A stretch of DNA of 33,385 nt from Chiloscyllium plagiosum (Eukaryota): assembly GCF_004010195.1 (NCBI RefSeq), contig NW_025214590.1, positions 1 through 33,385 of the forward strand, given 5' to 3'. Numbering within the stretch: position 1 is the stretch's first letter; every line of letters begins with the position of its first letter. Below, piece by piece: positions 12,243 to 23,529 of this stretch. The notes below the pieces were generated by a model. That model had not been told where the DNA came from. It did no database searches and saw only the letters and a program-made list of their open reading frames with translations. The position numbers and the translations under genes were made by a program.

Positions 12243-12599
12243 TGTGACATGCATGGACCCATTGCAGAGCGTCAAACTCCATGAGGCAGCCATATTCTCT
12301 GATAGACAGACTCAGTCTGGAACCTCCTCTGTCCTTTAGACCTTATGCACTGCCTGTGCTCCTCCATTTCCCCTTTGCACGTTCCCTTTCCAACCCACCC
12401 CACTTGCATCACTCCACGAATGGTGCTGTCAAGGGCAGAAGTCTGTGGAAATCCCTCCCTAACTTTCTCTATCCTTCTTTAAGATGCATTTTAAAATCAT
12501 TCTCTTTAATCAACGTTTTGATCATCCATGAAGCACCTTAGGAGATTTACCATTGTGAAAGATCCCATACAATGCAAGTGGTTGTTGTTATTGCTGTAC

Positions 12600-15140
12600 A
12601 TTAGGAGAAACAGGAATGATGCATTCAAAATTCTAACAAGAAAGTCACTGACAGGTGTAGTGTGCCGGCCACCAAATAATAACATCATATTGGGATGGGC
12701 AATAAACAAAGAAATAACTTTTGACTGTAAAAATGGTACGGCTATTATCATAGGTGATTGTAATCTACATGTAGATTGATCGAACCAGCTCAGTCAGGGT
12801 AGCCTTGAGTTTATTAAGTATATCCATGATAGTTTTCTTGAACAGTATGAAATGGAACTGACAAGGGAGCAAACTATCCAGCATCTGGCCCCTATACAAT
12901 GAGACAGGAATAATTAATGACCTCAGAGTTAGGGATCCTCTTGAAAGAAGTGATCACTGCATGTTGAATTTAGAATACATATGGAGAGTGTGAAGATAAA
13001 ATCTAAGACCTGGGTCCTGTGCTTCAACACAGGGAACTACAATAGAACGAGGGAGAACCTGGATAAAGTAGACTGGAAACAAAGATTTTATGGTGGGACA
13101 GTTGATGAGCAGTGGAAGATTTTCAAAAGCACTTTACAAAGTGCTCAGCAATGGTATATTCCAGTGAAAAGGAAGGACTGTAAGAAAAGGTATACTCTGC
13201 GATGGGTATCTAAGGAAAGCATTCAAATTGAAAGAGAAGGCATGCAAAGTGGCCAAAAACAGCCTGAAACTAGAACTGGGAAAACTTTAAAGGTCAACAG
13301 AAAGCCACAGAAGAGCTATAAAGAAACGTAAGATAGAACATGAGAAAATAAACTAGCACAGACTATAAAGACAGATAGCAAAATCTTATATTGAATGAGA
13401 AAAGAGTGGCTAAAGTAAATGTTGGTCGTTTGGAAAATAAGAAGGAACATTTAATCATGGGATATCACAGTGGAGGAAAGTAATATCTTGCCAATAATTA
13501 GCAAAGAGACAAAGATAGGTGAGGATTTGGAAACTATCATTATTACAGAACAGCTAGTGTTGAACTGTTGGAGTTAATTGAGCTAATGACAGAAAAGTCT
13601 TCTGACCCTGATGGAATGCATCCCAAGGTACTAACGGAGATGCCAGGAGAAATAGGAATTGCACTGGCAGTAATTTCCCAAAATTCACTGGACTCTGTGG
13701 CAGTCCCAGCAGATTGGAAAGCAGCAAAAGTGATGCCACGTTTTTAAAAAGGAGGTGGACAAAAGGTGGGGAATTATACACAAGTTAGCTTATTCTCTGT
13801 AGTGGGAAAGATGCTTGGGTCTATTATCAAGGAAGAAATAGCAGGGAATCTTAATATAAATTGTCCCATTGGACAGACAGACCATGGGTTCATGTAGGGC
13901 AGGTCATGCTTCACAAATCTTTTGGAATTCTATGAAGACATTTTGAGCAAGGTGGACAACGAGGACCCAGTGGAAGCGGTGTACCCGGATTTCCAAAAGG
14001 CCTTCAACAAGGTGCTGTGCAAGAGGCTGTTGCATAATATAAAGGTGCATGGCGTTAGGAGTTGACTATTAGCATGGATAGAAGATTGGTTAACTAACAG
14101 GAAGCAAAGTGTGGGGATAAGTGAGTACTATTCTGGCTGCCAATCAGTGACTAATAGTGTGCCTCAGGGATCAGTGTTGGGACTGCGATTATTTAGAATT
14201 GATACAGATGATTTGGAGTTGGTGACCACATGTCGGGTGTCAAAGTTTGCATATGACACTAAGATGAGTAGCAGAACAAAGTGTGTGGAGGACTGTGAAA
14301 CTTCGCAGAGGAACATAAATACATTGAGTTACTGGGCAATGGTCTGGCATTTGGAATAGAATGTTCATAAATGTAAAGTCATACTGTTTGGTTGGAGTAA
14401 CATTAAAAAGAGATTATTACATGAATTTTAAAAAGTTGCATCATTTGCTATGCAGACACAGCTGAGGAACCTTCTGCATGAAGGTTGGTCACCAGGTGCA
14501 ACAATCAATTCAGAAAGCAAATGGAATTTTGTCCTTCATTGCTGAAGGGATTGTGTTTAAAAGCAGAGGTTATGTTCCAGCTGTATTGGGTGCTGGTGAG
14601 GCCACACCTGGAGTACTGCATGCAGTTTCTGTCTCCTTACTTGCTCAAGGATGTACTGGCACTAGAGGGGGTGCAGAGGAGGTTAACTTGGTTGATTCCG
14701 GAGTCTAGGGGGTTGGCTTAACAGAGACTGAGTAGATTGGGATTATATTCATTGGAAATCAGAAGAATGGGAAACATATAAAATAATGAATGGAATGGAT
14801 AAAATAGAAGTAGAGAGAATGTTTCCACTGACAGGTGAAGCTAGGACAAGAGGGCATCACCTCAAGATTAGAGGCAGCAAATTTAGGACTGAATTGAGAA
14901 GGGACTTCTTGACCTCTATGGAATTCATTGCCCAGGGAAGTAGTTGATGCTCGTTCAGTAAACGTTTATAAAGCTAAGGTAACTTTTTTATAAAAGAAAT
15001 AACTAATTAATTAAGGGATATGGTGAGAACGTTGGTAAATGGTTTTGCATCCACGAAATGATCAGTCATGATCTTAATGAATGGCAGAGCAAGCTCAAAG
15101 GGCATGACGGTCTTCTCCTGTTCCTAGTTCTTTTGTTGTT
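12600..15140 (+). mobile_element. CR1 LINE ORF2 and 3' UTR, decayed
   Basis: GVVCRPPN, IIGDCNLHVD, SVPQGSVLG, SKFAYDTK and [10 protein letters not shown]. The 3' end is ctcctgttcctagttctt. Confidence 0.9.
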
Positions 15141-15177
15141 ATATTTTGCATTCCTCCCGCACTCTTGACTTTCAGGT

Positions 15178-15305
15178 GCTGGTGTTGGATTAGGATGGGA
15201 CAAAATTAAAATTCACAGAACACCAGGTTATAGTCCAACAGGTTTATTTGGAAGCACTCGCTTTGCAGCTGCTTCATCAGGTGGTTGTGTGATTTTTAAC
15301 TTTGT
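15178..15305 (-). mobile_element. Penelope-like element 3' terminus with decayed hammerhead and short inverted duplication
   Basis: Reverse complement of the family at 19040-19128 (caccaggttatagtcca). The core CTGATGAagcagctgcAAAgcg has lost the G of GAAA. 15200-15217 is inverted at 15288-15305. Confidence 0.75.
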
Positions 15306-15329
15306 GTCTTACTCTTGTAACTGTTAAAC

Positions 15330-15830
15330 AGCAACAAAAGCCACGAAGGAGTGCACATGCTCCAGGCAACAATGGGCCCCTGGTGGTTGATGTCAGCGGA
15401 AGACCAATGGAAAGGCAGGGGCACAGCTGGAGGACCTGGCGGGGCACTTGGTCCTCCGACCAATCAGAGTAAACGAGGGACGGGACTAGACTATACCTCG
15501 TGATCATCCTCACGGTGGGCGCGGATGTGCGGGACTTGTGGATGGAGAGCTGTTGGTAAGGAAAGAAATAAACAGCAGGAAGTTGACGGAAATGGTGTTG
15601 GTATGGTCTGAGAGGTTTTACAAACATTTGGTGCACATCGGAAGATACAAATTGAAACTTACAGTCCCATTTTGCAGTAAACTTGAAAATAACCTCATCG
15701 TGTGATCGCCACCATCTTTATTCGGGGCAAAGGTTCACTGGACACGTGTGCGGCCGCCAGCTTTGTAGGGGGCAAAGTTCAGAGGTGTGTATGTGCAGCA
15801 TTCCCTGGTAGAGAGTCATAGGACAGGATT
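15330..15830 (+). promoter_or_regulatory. CpG-rich promoter/first-exon cassette (copy B)
   Basis: Decayed NRF1 site TGCACATGCTC; CCAAT 15404 and 15460; inverted repeat GGAGGACC/GGTCCTCC; donor TTG|GTAAGG (GT 15556); decayed YY1 sites near 15710 and 15755. Confidence 0.7.
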
Positions 15831-15879
15831 TGCCCAGAGCACATTCAAACCCAGAGAAATGGATTTTCTTTTTCTGGAT

Positions 15880-16757
15880 TTGTTTCTTCATCCATTTAAA
15901 TGATTTGGATGTGAATAGAGCCGGTACGGTTCGTACGTTTGCAGATAACGCCAAAATTAGAGGTATTGTGGACAGTGATAAAGGTTGTCTCAGAATACAA
16001 TGGGATATTGATCAGATGGGCCAATGGGCTGAGGAGTGGCAGATAGGGTTTAAATTAGATAAATGTTAGGTTCTGCATTTTAGAAAAGCAAATCAGAGCA
16101 GGACTCACACTGAATTGTAAGGTCTTGGAGAGTCTTGCTGAACAAAGAGACCTTGGAATGCATGTTCATATTTCCTTGAAAGTAGAGTCACAGGTAGTTA
16201 GGACAGTGAAGAAATTGTTTGGTATTCTTCCCTTCGTTGGTCAGACCATTGAGTAAAGGAGCTGTACAGGATATTGGTTAGGCCACTTTTGGAATATTGT
16301 GTGCAGTTCTGGTCTCCCTCATATCAGAAAGAGGCACTGAAACATGGAAGGTTTGAGAATTGATTTTTTAAGGATGTTGCCAGGGTTGGAGGATTTGAGT
16401 TGCAGGGAGAGGCATAATAGGGTGGGGCCATTTTCCCTGGAGTGTCATAGGCTGAGGTGTGATGTTGATGAGGTTTATAAAATCATGAGGGGCATGGATA
16501 GCGTAAATAGACAAGGTGATTACCCTGGGGTGGTGGAGCCCAGAACTAGAGAATATAGGTTTAGGGTGAGAGGGGAAAATTCAAAAGGAGCCTAAAGGGC
16601 AACCAAAATTGTAACACTTAAAAGGTAATTGAATAGGAAAGTTTCAGAGGGATGTCGGTCAAGTGCTGGCAAATGGGAATAGTTTAGGTTAGAATATCTG
16701 GTTTGCATAGATGGGTTTGACTAAAGAGTGTTTTTGTGCTAGACATCTCTGACTGTG
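15880..16757 (+). mobile_element. 5'-truncated CR1 LINE, specific to duplication copy 1
   Basis: FIHLNDLD...FADNAKI...WAEEWQ and ggccacttttggaatattgtgtgcagttctgg, with a CR1 3' end. Absent at the paralogous site near 22130. Confidence 0.9.
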
Positions 16758-17109
16758 GGATCATAAAAGTGAACACTGCTCTGATTCACCTCTGGGCTCC
16801 TTGATTCCACTTGTTCGTTATCTAGCTTCCTCAGTCTCACATGAGTGTATTTTTGCCATGTTTAGTATTTTACTACACGCTCACAGACCTTTTTGTAAAT
16901 GGATTGTCCACTGTTGCCTGACTCCTGACCGTCTGCTGCTCCGTTATCAGGTTATTTTTTTCCACAATATCTTTGACAGTCAAGAATTCTTTTTTCCAAT
17001 AGTGAGTGGATTTTTCTTCCTTTTCTGACAGTCAAATACTGCAACATTTTCATTCCCTATAATTCTTATTGCACTCCCTGAAACATCATGTGTATTTCTC
17101 CTTCCACAG

Positions 17110-17216
17110 ATACCAGTGATCATTGCCAAAGTCCTGTTGCCTGTGGCGAGGGTGATGTTTGACTTCCTTGTACAGCTGCAGTTTGAATGGTGAAGGCGCC
17201 TCCACAACGTGGTTGG
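17110..17216 (+). other. Candidate non-coding second exon
   Basis: Acceptor tttctccttccacag (conserved at 22347) and donor TGG|GTAAGA; 107 nt. No transcript evidence. Confidence 0.4.
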
Positions 17217-17319
17217 GTAAGAGACATTACAGATTATTCACTCAGAGATAGTGAAAAGTAGAAGATATCTGCACAAATCAACATGTTTTTAATTTCACAA
17301 AAATGTTGAGAACCTTTGA

Positions 17320-17860
17320 CATAAGGCCACAGCTGGAGAATATTATTTTCAGTGACCAAAGCCATTGCCAAATAAGCAATTTTTCAGGAATGCCTTAAAG
17401 GAAGAAAGCAGATCTTAGAGGGTGGGAATTCCAGACCGTGTTGCCTTGCAATCTATAGAAACAGTCAGACAGCTGAACTCAAAAATAAACACATCATTGA
17501 GAGTCTAAACTGAAATGAGTTATTGAGATGTGAAAGGGTGTGTGGTGCAGGAAGATAGGAATGATTACAGCCAGGAATTAAGTCAAGGGTGTGAAAGTAA
17601 ATTGTTGCTTATAAATGGAGCCTTTTGATGGATCAGCAAGTTCTGGTACAAGTGAGCACTTGGCGGTGGACTTTTCAATGTTCTGGAGATTATAAGGAGA
17701 GTGATTGTGGGATGCTGGCCAGAAGTGGGTTTAGATAATGAAATCTAGAGTTAACAAAAGGAATGAAGGAGAGTTTCAGTAAATGAGCTGACACTGTGGT
17801 GAGGTCAGGTGATATCAGTGAAGTCGAAATAGTGGTCTTGGAGTGGTCTTGGCTGTCACC
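17320..17860 (-). mobile_element. Ancient L2-like LINE remnant
   Basis: Purine-rich decayed sequence resembling an antisense L2 3' region; paralogous to 23530-24060. Confidence 0.5.
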
Positions 17861-17864
17861 CTCA

Positions 17865-18830
17865 GCTCTGGGATTCAGCTGTTTGTCAGTTTGTGAATCA
17901 AGTCTGTAACAAGCTCAGGAGCTGATTGGCCCTTGCAGAACCCAAGCTGGGCGTCACTGAGCAGGTTATTGCTGATCAGGTGCTTGACAGCACTATTGAT
18001 GACAACTTCTATCATTTCACTGCTGAGCGAGTGTGGACTGATGGAGGGAAGTTGTATGTGTCCTGCGTTTTTGTGTTGAACAACACTGGGAAACATTTCC
18101 CAATGTCGGTAGATGCCAGTGCTTAAGCTGTACTTGTCTTGGTGTGCAGCAGGTTCTGGAGCACAGCCATCAGTATTATTGCCACAATGTAGGCAGGGCC
18201 CATAGCCTTTACACTATTGTCAATTTCTTGATCTGATTTGAAATGAGTTTTCAACCAATTCGATTCACATCTGTGATGTCATAGACAAATGGGGAAGTCT
18301 CATCCACTTGGCACTGCTGGCTGAAGATTGTTGCAAATGCTGTCGTCTTATCTGTTGCATGAATGTGTGAGGCCCCTCCATCAGTAAGGGTGGGGAATAT
18401 CTGTGATGCTTCCTGCAGTGAGTTGTTTAATTGCCCATCACGATTCCTGACTAGGTGTGGCAGAACTCAGATCTGATCCATTGGTTGTTGGATCACATAG
18501 TTATATTTGGTGTTGCTTGCACTGTAGCTTCACCAGGTTGGCACCACATTTTTGGTATGCCTGGTATTGCTCCTGGCATGCCCTGCTGAACTCTCCATTG
18601 AACTAGGGCTGATCCCCTGGCTTGATGTTAATGGTTGAATGGTGGATATACCAGCCATGTTATTTCAGATTGGGCTGGAGTACAGTTCTGCTACTGCTGT
18701 TGGTCTACAGTGAGGCAGAAGTTGCAGGGACAAGAGGGCTGATTTTGTGTTTGTACTTTCCAGTGCATTGGTAGATGTAATGTGGTCCATTCAGTTTCAT
18801 TCCTTTGTTGAGACTGTGCAGTGATTAATA
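17865..18830 (-). mobile_element. Non-LTR retrotransposon (CR1/Jockey group) RT fragment
   Basis: Minus ORF ...EVVINSAVKHLISNNLLSDAQLGFCKGQSAPELVT; paralog of 24090-25940 with an internal deletion. Confidence 0.8.
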
Positions 18831-18861
18831 CAATGAGTGATTTGGTGGGCCACTGTCAGGA

Positions 18862-19130
18862 ATACAACCTTTAAAAAATGGCTTTGTGATTTACACATGA
18901 AAGAAGTGAAACTATCATGGTATTCGAACAGATGAAAGACCCAACAGACAATCAAGGTATTTTTCAATGGATAATTTCAGTTACATCACACTATAAATGT
19001 TTGCTATAAATTCTGTGCCGTAGAATTGTGCCCTCCACAATCACCTGATGAAGGAGCGGCACTCCGAAAGCTAGTGTGCTTCCAGTTAAACCCGATGGAC
19101 TATAACCTGGTGTTGTGTGATTCTTAACTG
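18862..19130 (+). mobile_element. Penelope-like element 3' terminus (pLTR-like)
   Basis: Contains a hammerhead followed by ggactataacctggtgttgtgtgatt; same family as 15178-15305. Confidence 0.75.
19042..19076 (+). ncRNA. Minimal type I hammerhead ribozyme motif (best-preserved copy)
   Basis: cac CTGATGA a ggag cggca ctcc GAAA gCTA gtg. Helix I cac/gtg, helix II ggag/ctcc, palindromic AGCT helix III. Confidence 0.85.
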
Positions 19131-19579
19131 AAAATATTACAGGACTGCATGTAAACAGGCTCAGTCCAGTTAATCAATACATTCGGAAGGATTTCCTCCA
19201 AGTGTGATGATGCAATATTCGTCAAAACCGTCAACTTCAACCTGCAATGCTGCTCTTAACAAAAACTTCAGGCTGACACAAAGCTCCCCACCCCACTGCA
19301 TTGTGGTAACCGGGCCCGGCCCAGGAATTGGAACTGGGACATTTATGGACAGTGATCTCAAAGGAAGGGAGCAAACACAATTGTGACAGATTCGTCCTCA
19401 AAGATGAGTAGCAAGTTTGAGACAAGGCAGGTGGTATGCCGCCTTGCACTTAGCTTAATTGCATTTCTTATTTACAGTCGTGTTTTGCAAATATAAAGAA
19501 CCGGTTTGTTTTCCATGGTTGGCGAGTTTTATCCTCGTTGATCTTCTCAAAGGAGGAAGTGACGACCAAAGAAGCTGGA

Positions 19580-19678
19580 CATCAGAGTCAAAAAGTGTCA
19601 TGCTGGAAAAGCGCAAGTCAGGCAGCATCCGAGAAGCAGGAGGGTTGATGTTTCGGGCATAAGCCCTTCATCAGGAAT
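19580..19678 (-). mobile_element. Neptune-type PLE 3' terminus with hammerhead core (19645-19678)
   Basis: Similar to 7445-7532. Minus strand CTGATGA a gggc ttat gccc GAAA cATC aac shows CpG decay in helices III and I. Confidence 0.8.
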
Positions 19679-20088
19679 CACAGGCTTCAAAAAAATAACT
19701 GGCATAGACTTATGCCAAAACAGAAGTAGAAAGGTCAGAGCATGTTACTATCAGATTAGAGACTAATTACAGATTTGGTACCATTCAGTGCAACATTTCA
19801 GTATGATATTTACATATGTACCTAAAAGAGAAGTTGTCTAAAATTACAAGCTCTAGAATGATTATAGGATTAAATCTGGAAATAAAGCTTGTGAACAAGA
19901 ATGGCATGGTGAAGTCCCATCAGTATCGCCTTGGGCAGTGTCAAGTAAGAATTTGACAACAGAGTTGCCACTTTGGTTGAACCTGCAGTCTGGCCAAATT
20001 GTAGCAAAAATATGTTCAATTTTATCTGCAAACTATTGAATGCAAAATCCTCCTTGCACAACAATGAGGCAGCATTTTGGAATGTCAT

Positions 20089-20310
20089 TTTTAAGATACA
20101 TTATTTTCAAAGTTACTCACAATTAATTCTGATCACTTCGTACTGTCTGCATAACACAGTACGAAATAGAATTAACAAAAAAAAAACCCAAATTCAGAGT
20201 TTTAAGATACATTATTTTCAAAGTTACTCACAATTAATTCTGATCACTTGGTACTGTCCGCATAACACAGTACGAAATAGAATTAACAAAAAAAAAACCC
20301 AAATTCAGAG
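20089..20310. repeat. Tandem duplication, 2 x 111 bp
   Basis: 20089-20199 and 20200-20310 differ at 2 positions. Confidence 0.95.
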
Positions 20311-20399
20311 TCACTAATTCATTGATATTGCATGGGTCCAGCATTGATAAGTAATCGATTTTTAAAAAGCAACACAGATACATTTAGTAACTATATTGG

Positions 20400-21400
20400 A
20401 GTACAGTCAAATTTCTTACTGAACAGTGACAGAATTGGACAGAGTCCGCATGGATTTAAGAGAGAGGGAATCATACTCAGCAAATCTACTGAAAGAATCT
20501 ACAGAGTCGAATATTAAAGTAAGAAATTGCAGGACATTTAGAAAAGCTTATCATTAAACATGGTAGACTGGGTTTTGTGAAGGAGAAACTATATTTGACA
20601 AATTTACAACAGTTCATTGAGGAGATAACAAGCAGGGCTGATAAAGGGCAATCCAATGATGTTCTGTATTTGGATTTTAAAAATGCAAATGATAAGGTGC
20701 TACATAAATGTTAATTGCACAACTTAGGAGCTCATGGTATCGGCGTTAATGTATTAGCATGGATTGAGGATTGGTTAACCACACTGGCTGTTGCTGAGTC
20801 CTCACTTGCAGTGCTGTATACAATGATAGCTCCCACATTTAATGAAGGATAAACCAACATTGGACACCATTCAAAAAAGATTCACTTAGCTGTTTTGAAG
20901 ACGAAAGAGTTGACCTATCAAGAATAGATAAGCAGGGGTGATCTATGGAAACAAGATTCTGAGGAGCTTGACAGGGTAGATGTTGACTAGATCTTCTAGC
21001 ACCACTGAAGTCTCAAACCAGGGGACATTATATAAGGGAACATTCATTTTAAAAAACGTCAAGATTTTTTTCTCTCAGTGAATGGCTAGAATTTTCTTGG
21101 CCAAACAATTGTGAAAGTTAAATGTGGGAGGGGAATGGTTGGGTTACTCTTCGGAGGGTTGTTCTGGCTTGTTGGGCTGAAGGGCTTGTTTCCACATAGT
21201 AGGGAATCTATGATTCTATCTCAAATTATTTTAAAAGGGAGCAGATAGATTTTTGAAATATTGAGCATTTGAGGGCTATACGGATCAAGCATAAAAGATG
21301 TGTTGAGGTCTGGATTGGCCCAGCCATGATCTGATAGAATGAGGGAACAAGCTGAAATGAATGAATTGCCTACGCCGGCTCCGATTCCTTGAGGGTCCGT
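20400..21400 (+). mobile_element. Old CR1 fragments with an embedded HE1/CR1-type 3' tail (about 21125-21220)
   Basis: catggatttaagagagagggaatcatactcagcaaatct, tatttggattttaaaaatgcaaatgataaggtgc, and tail gggctgaagggcttgtttccaca...ctatgattcta. Confidence 0.7.
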
Positions 21401-21604
21401 TTCATGTTTTTTTTTTGCCTCCAAATGTGCTGAAGATCTCAGATGTTGTGAAAATTGGGTGTTTATGTACAGCATTGATTCATCAATCACAGCTATACAG
21501 TCATGAGTAGGAAGGCAATTCCCTCCATGAAAAAAAGAAATCTACTGCAGAGCTCACACAAACGGATTCTAACCCTCAGTAAACTCTCCCATTACATTAC
21601 CCAA

Positions 21605-22130
21605 CATATCAGCAAAAGCAGGACACACTGCGCATGCTGTAGCCAACAAAGTGACCCGCGGGTGATTGATATCAGCACCGGCCCAATGAAAGGACGGTGG
21701 GCGGATCTGGAGGACCTCGCAGGAGGTTGGTCCTCCAACCAATCAAAGTAAATGAAGGGCGGAAGTAGGCGAAACCATGTGATCCAACTCGTGCTCGGCG
21801 CAGAGTCGCTGTAATGAATGCTCGGGAAGTTATGGAGAGAAAGGATACCGTAAGGAAAGAAATAAACAGGGAAACTGGAGAAAAACTGTGTTGCTATGAG
21901 CGGAGAGGTTTTACAAACAAATTGTCCATGTCAGAAAACACAAATTTGAACGTCCCAGTCCCGTGTTTGCAGTAAATGAGGAATGGCCTCAGCCTGGCTG
22001 CAGGCCTGAGTGAGCGCCGCCATCTTTATTCGGGACAAGACTCACTGGACATGTGCACCTGCGATATCTTTGTAGGGGGCAAGGTGCAGCCAGGCGTATG
22101 TGCAGCCTTTCTCTTGTAAAGAGTCATTGC
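21605..22130 (+). promoter_or_regulatory. CpG-rich promoter/first-exon cassette (copy C)
   Basis: NRF1-like TGCGCATGCT 21629-21638; CCAAT 21683 and 21739; GC box; inverted repeat; GGGCGGAAGT (Sp/ETS); donor GTAAGG at 21850; YY1 CCGCCATCTT 22017-22026. Confidence 0.75.
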
Positions 22131-22392
22131 CAAAACTGCTCTGGTTCACCTCTGGGCTCCCTCATAACCACTTTGTCAATATCTAGCTTCCTCAGTCTCG
22201 AAGCATGGGTATATTTTTGGTCTGTTTAGTACTGTATTATTACTTTTATACACCCTTTGTAAATTAGTTTTTCACTGAGGCCCAGCCCCTGACCATGTGC
22301 TGCTCTATTATCAGATTACTTTTTTTCTTTTTCATTCCCTTCCACAGATAACAGTGATTAATGCCAAAGCCCTGTTGCCTGTGGAGAGTGTG

Positions 22393-22690
22393 ATAGAACA
22401 TAGAACATAGAACATAGAAGAATACAGCGCAGTACAGGCCCTTCGGCCCTCGATGTTGCGCCGATCCAAGCCCACCTAACCTACACTAGCCCACTATCCT
22501 CCATATGCCTATCCAATGCCCGCTTAAATGCCCATAATGAGGGAGAGTCCACCACTGCTACTGGCAGGGCATTCCATGAACTCACGACTCGCTGAGTAAA
22601 GAACCTACCCCTAACATCTGTCCTATACATACCCCCCCCTTAATTTAAAGCTATGCCCCCTTGTAATAGCTGACTCCATACGTGGAAAAA
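22393..22690 (-). mobile_element. Young CR1 3' end with (ATAGAAC)n tail
   Basis: atagaac tandem tail then tacagcgcagtacaggcccttcggccctcgatgttgcgccg; CpGs retained. Confidence 0.88.
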
Positions 22691-23077
22691 GATCATCTGA
22701 AGCTTCCCTCACACCCACCTCAGTCCTGAACATTATACCCAAAAAGTTGACTTCTCCATCTCCTGATGCTGCCTGACATGCTGTGGTCTTGCAGCCTCCT
22801 GCTTGTCTACCTTGGATTCCAGCATCAGCAGTTTTTTGACTTTAATTCTTTAGATGGCAAGACTGTTCTATGAAGTGAGATTGGGCAAACTGGACCGTAT
22901 TCTCTATTGTTTCAAAGAATGAAATATGATCTCAGAAACTTACAAAATATTTCAAGGGGTAAATATCACAGATACAGGCTCCTGATTGGGAAGTCTAGAA
23001 CTGGGGTACACAATTTAAAAATAATGTAATGGCTACTTTAGTTCTAAGTGCAATATTCCAAAACCAAAAAGAATTCC

Positions 23078-23248
23078 CTTCTCTATTCCACATCGGTTTT
23101 GACTTAGCTGCGGCTTCAATTTCCAGTTTTAAGACTTTGATAGCCTCATCTTCATTTGTCATATAACTGAGCTTTCAGCTTCATACAAACCTTTCCCAAG
23201 TTATGGGTGTTACTCCACGCTCCCACAAGAAATTTTAGAAGCTTCTAT
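23078..23248 (-). pseudogene. Candidate decayed coding exon of an unidentified gene
   Basis: Acceptor ggctttcag; 171 nt, phase 1-1; RSF*NFLWERGVTPITWERFV*S*KLSYMTNEDEAIKVLKLEIEAAAKSKPMWNRE; donor-like AAG|GGAATT (would be GT>GG). Confidence 0.45.
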
Positions 23249-23529
23249 CTGAAAGCCTAAAGCATTATGCAGAAGGGATGCCCCAATGGTATTATTACTA
23301 GACTATTGATCCAGAGACCCATGTATTGCTCGTCACCTTCTCAAAGAATTCAATAAGGTTTGACTTTCTTGTATAGCTGCAGTTTGTGTGGTGAAGGTGC
23401 TCCCACAATGTCTTTGGTTAAAGAGACTTTACAGATTATTCATTACAGCAACAGTGATTATTTGAAGATAATGTCCAAGTCAAGAACAGTTTGTCGATTT
23501 ATTATCATGCTTATAATTTCACAAAAATA

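Larger units (their letters stand above)
15330..18860 (+). repeat. Old tandem segmental duplication, copy 1 (paralog of 21605-25987)
   Basis: Colinear similarity through the promoter cassette, intron-like block (16775 vs 22135), exon-like block, L2 remnant, identical LINE junction (ctctgggattcagctg) and shared end (cagtttcattcctttgttgagact...actgtcagg). Confidence 0.92.

Noticed and set aside
17772..17798. V(D)J RSS-like nonamer-11-CACTGTG
   Set aside because: The nonamer has 3 mismatches, it lies in an L2-like remnant, the heptamer is absent in the paralog, and no V or J segment is nearby.
19862..20025. Minus-strand 54-codon open exon-like stretch
   Set aside because: Overlaps sequence resembling decayed SINE/MITE fragments; weak acceptor and no recognisable motif.
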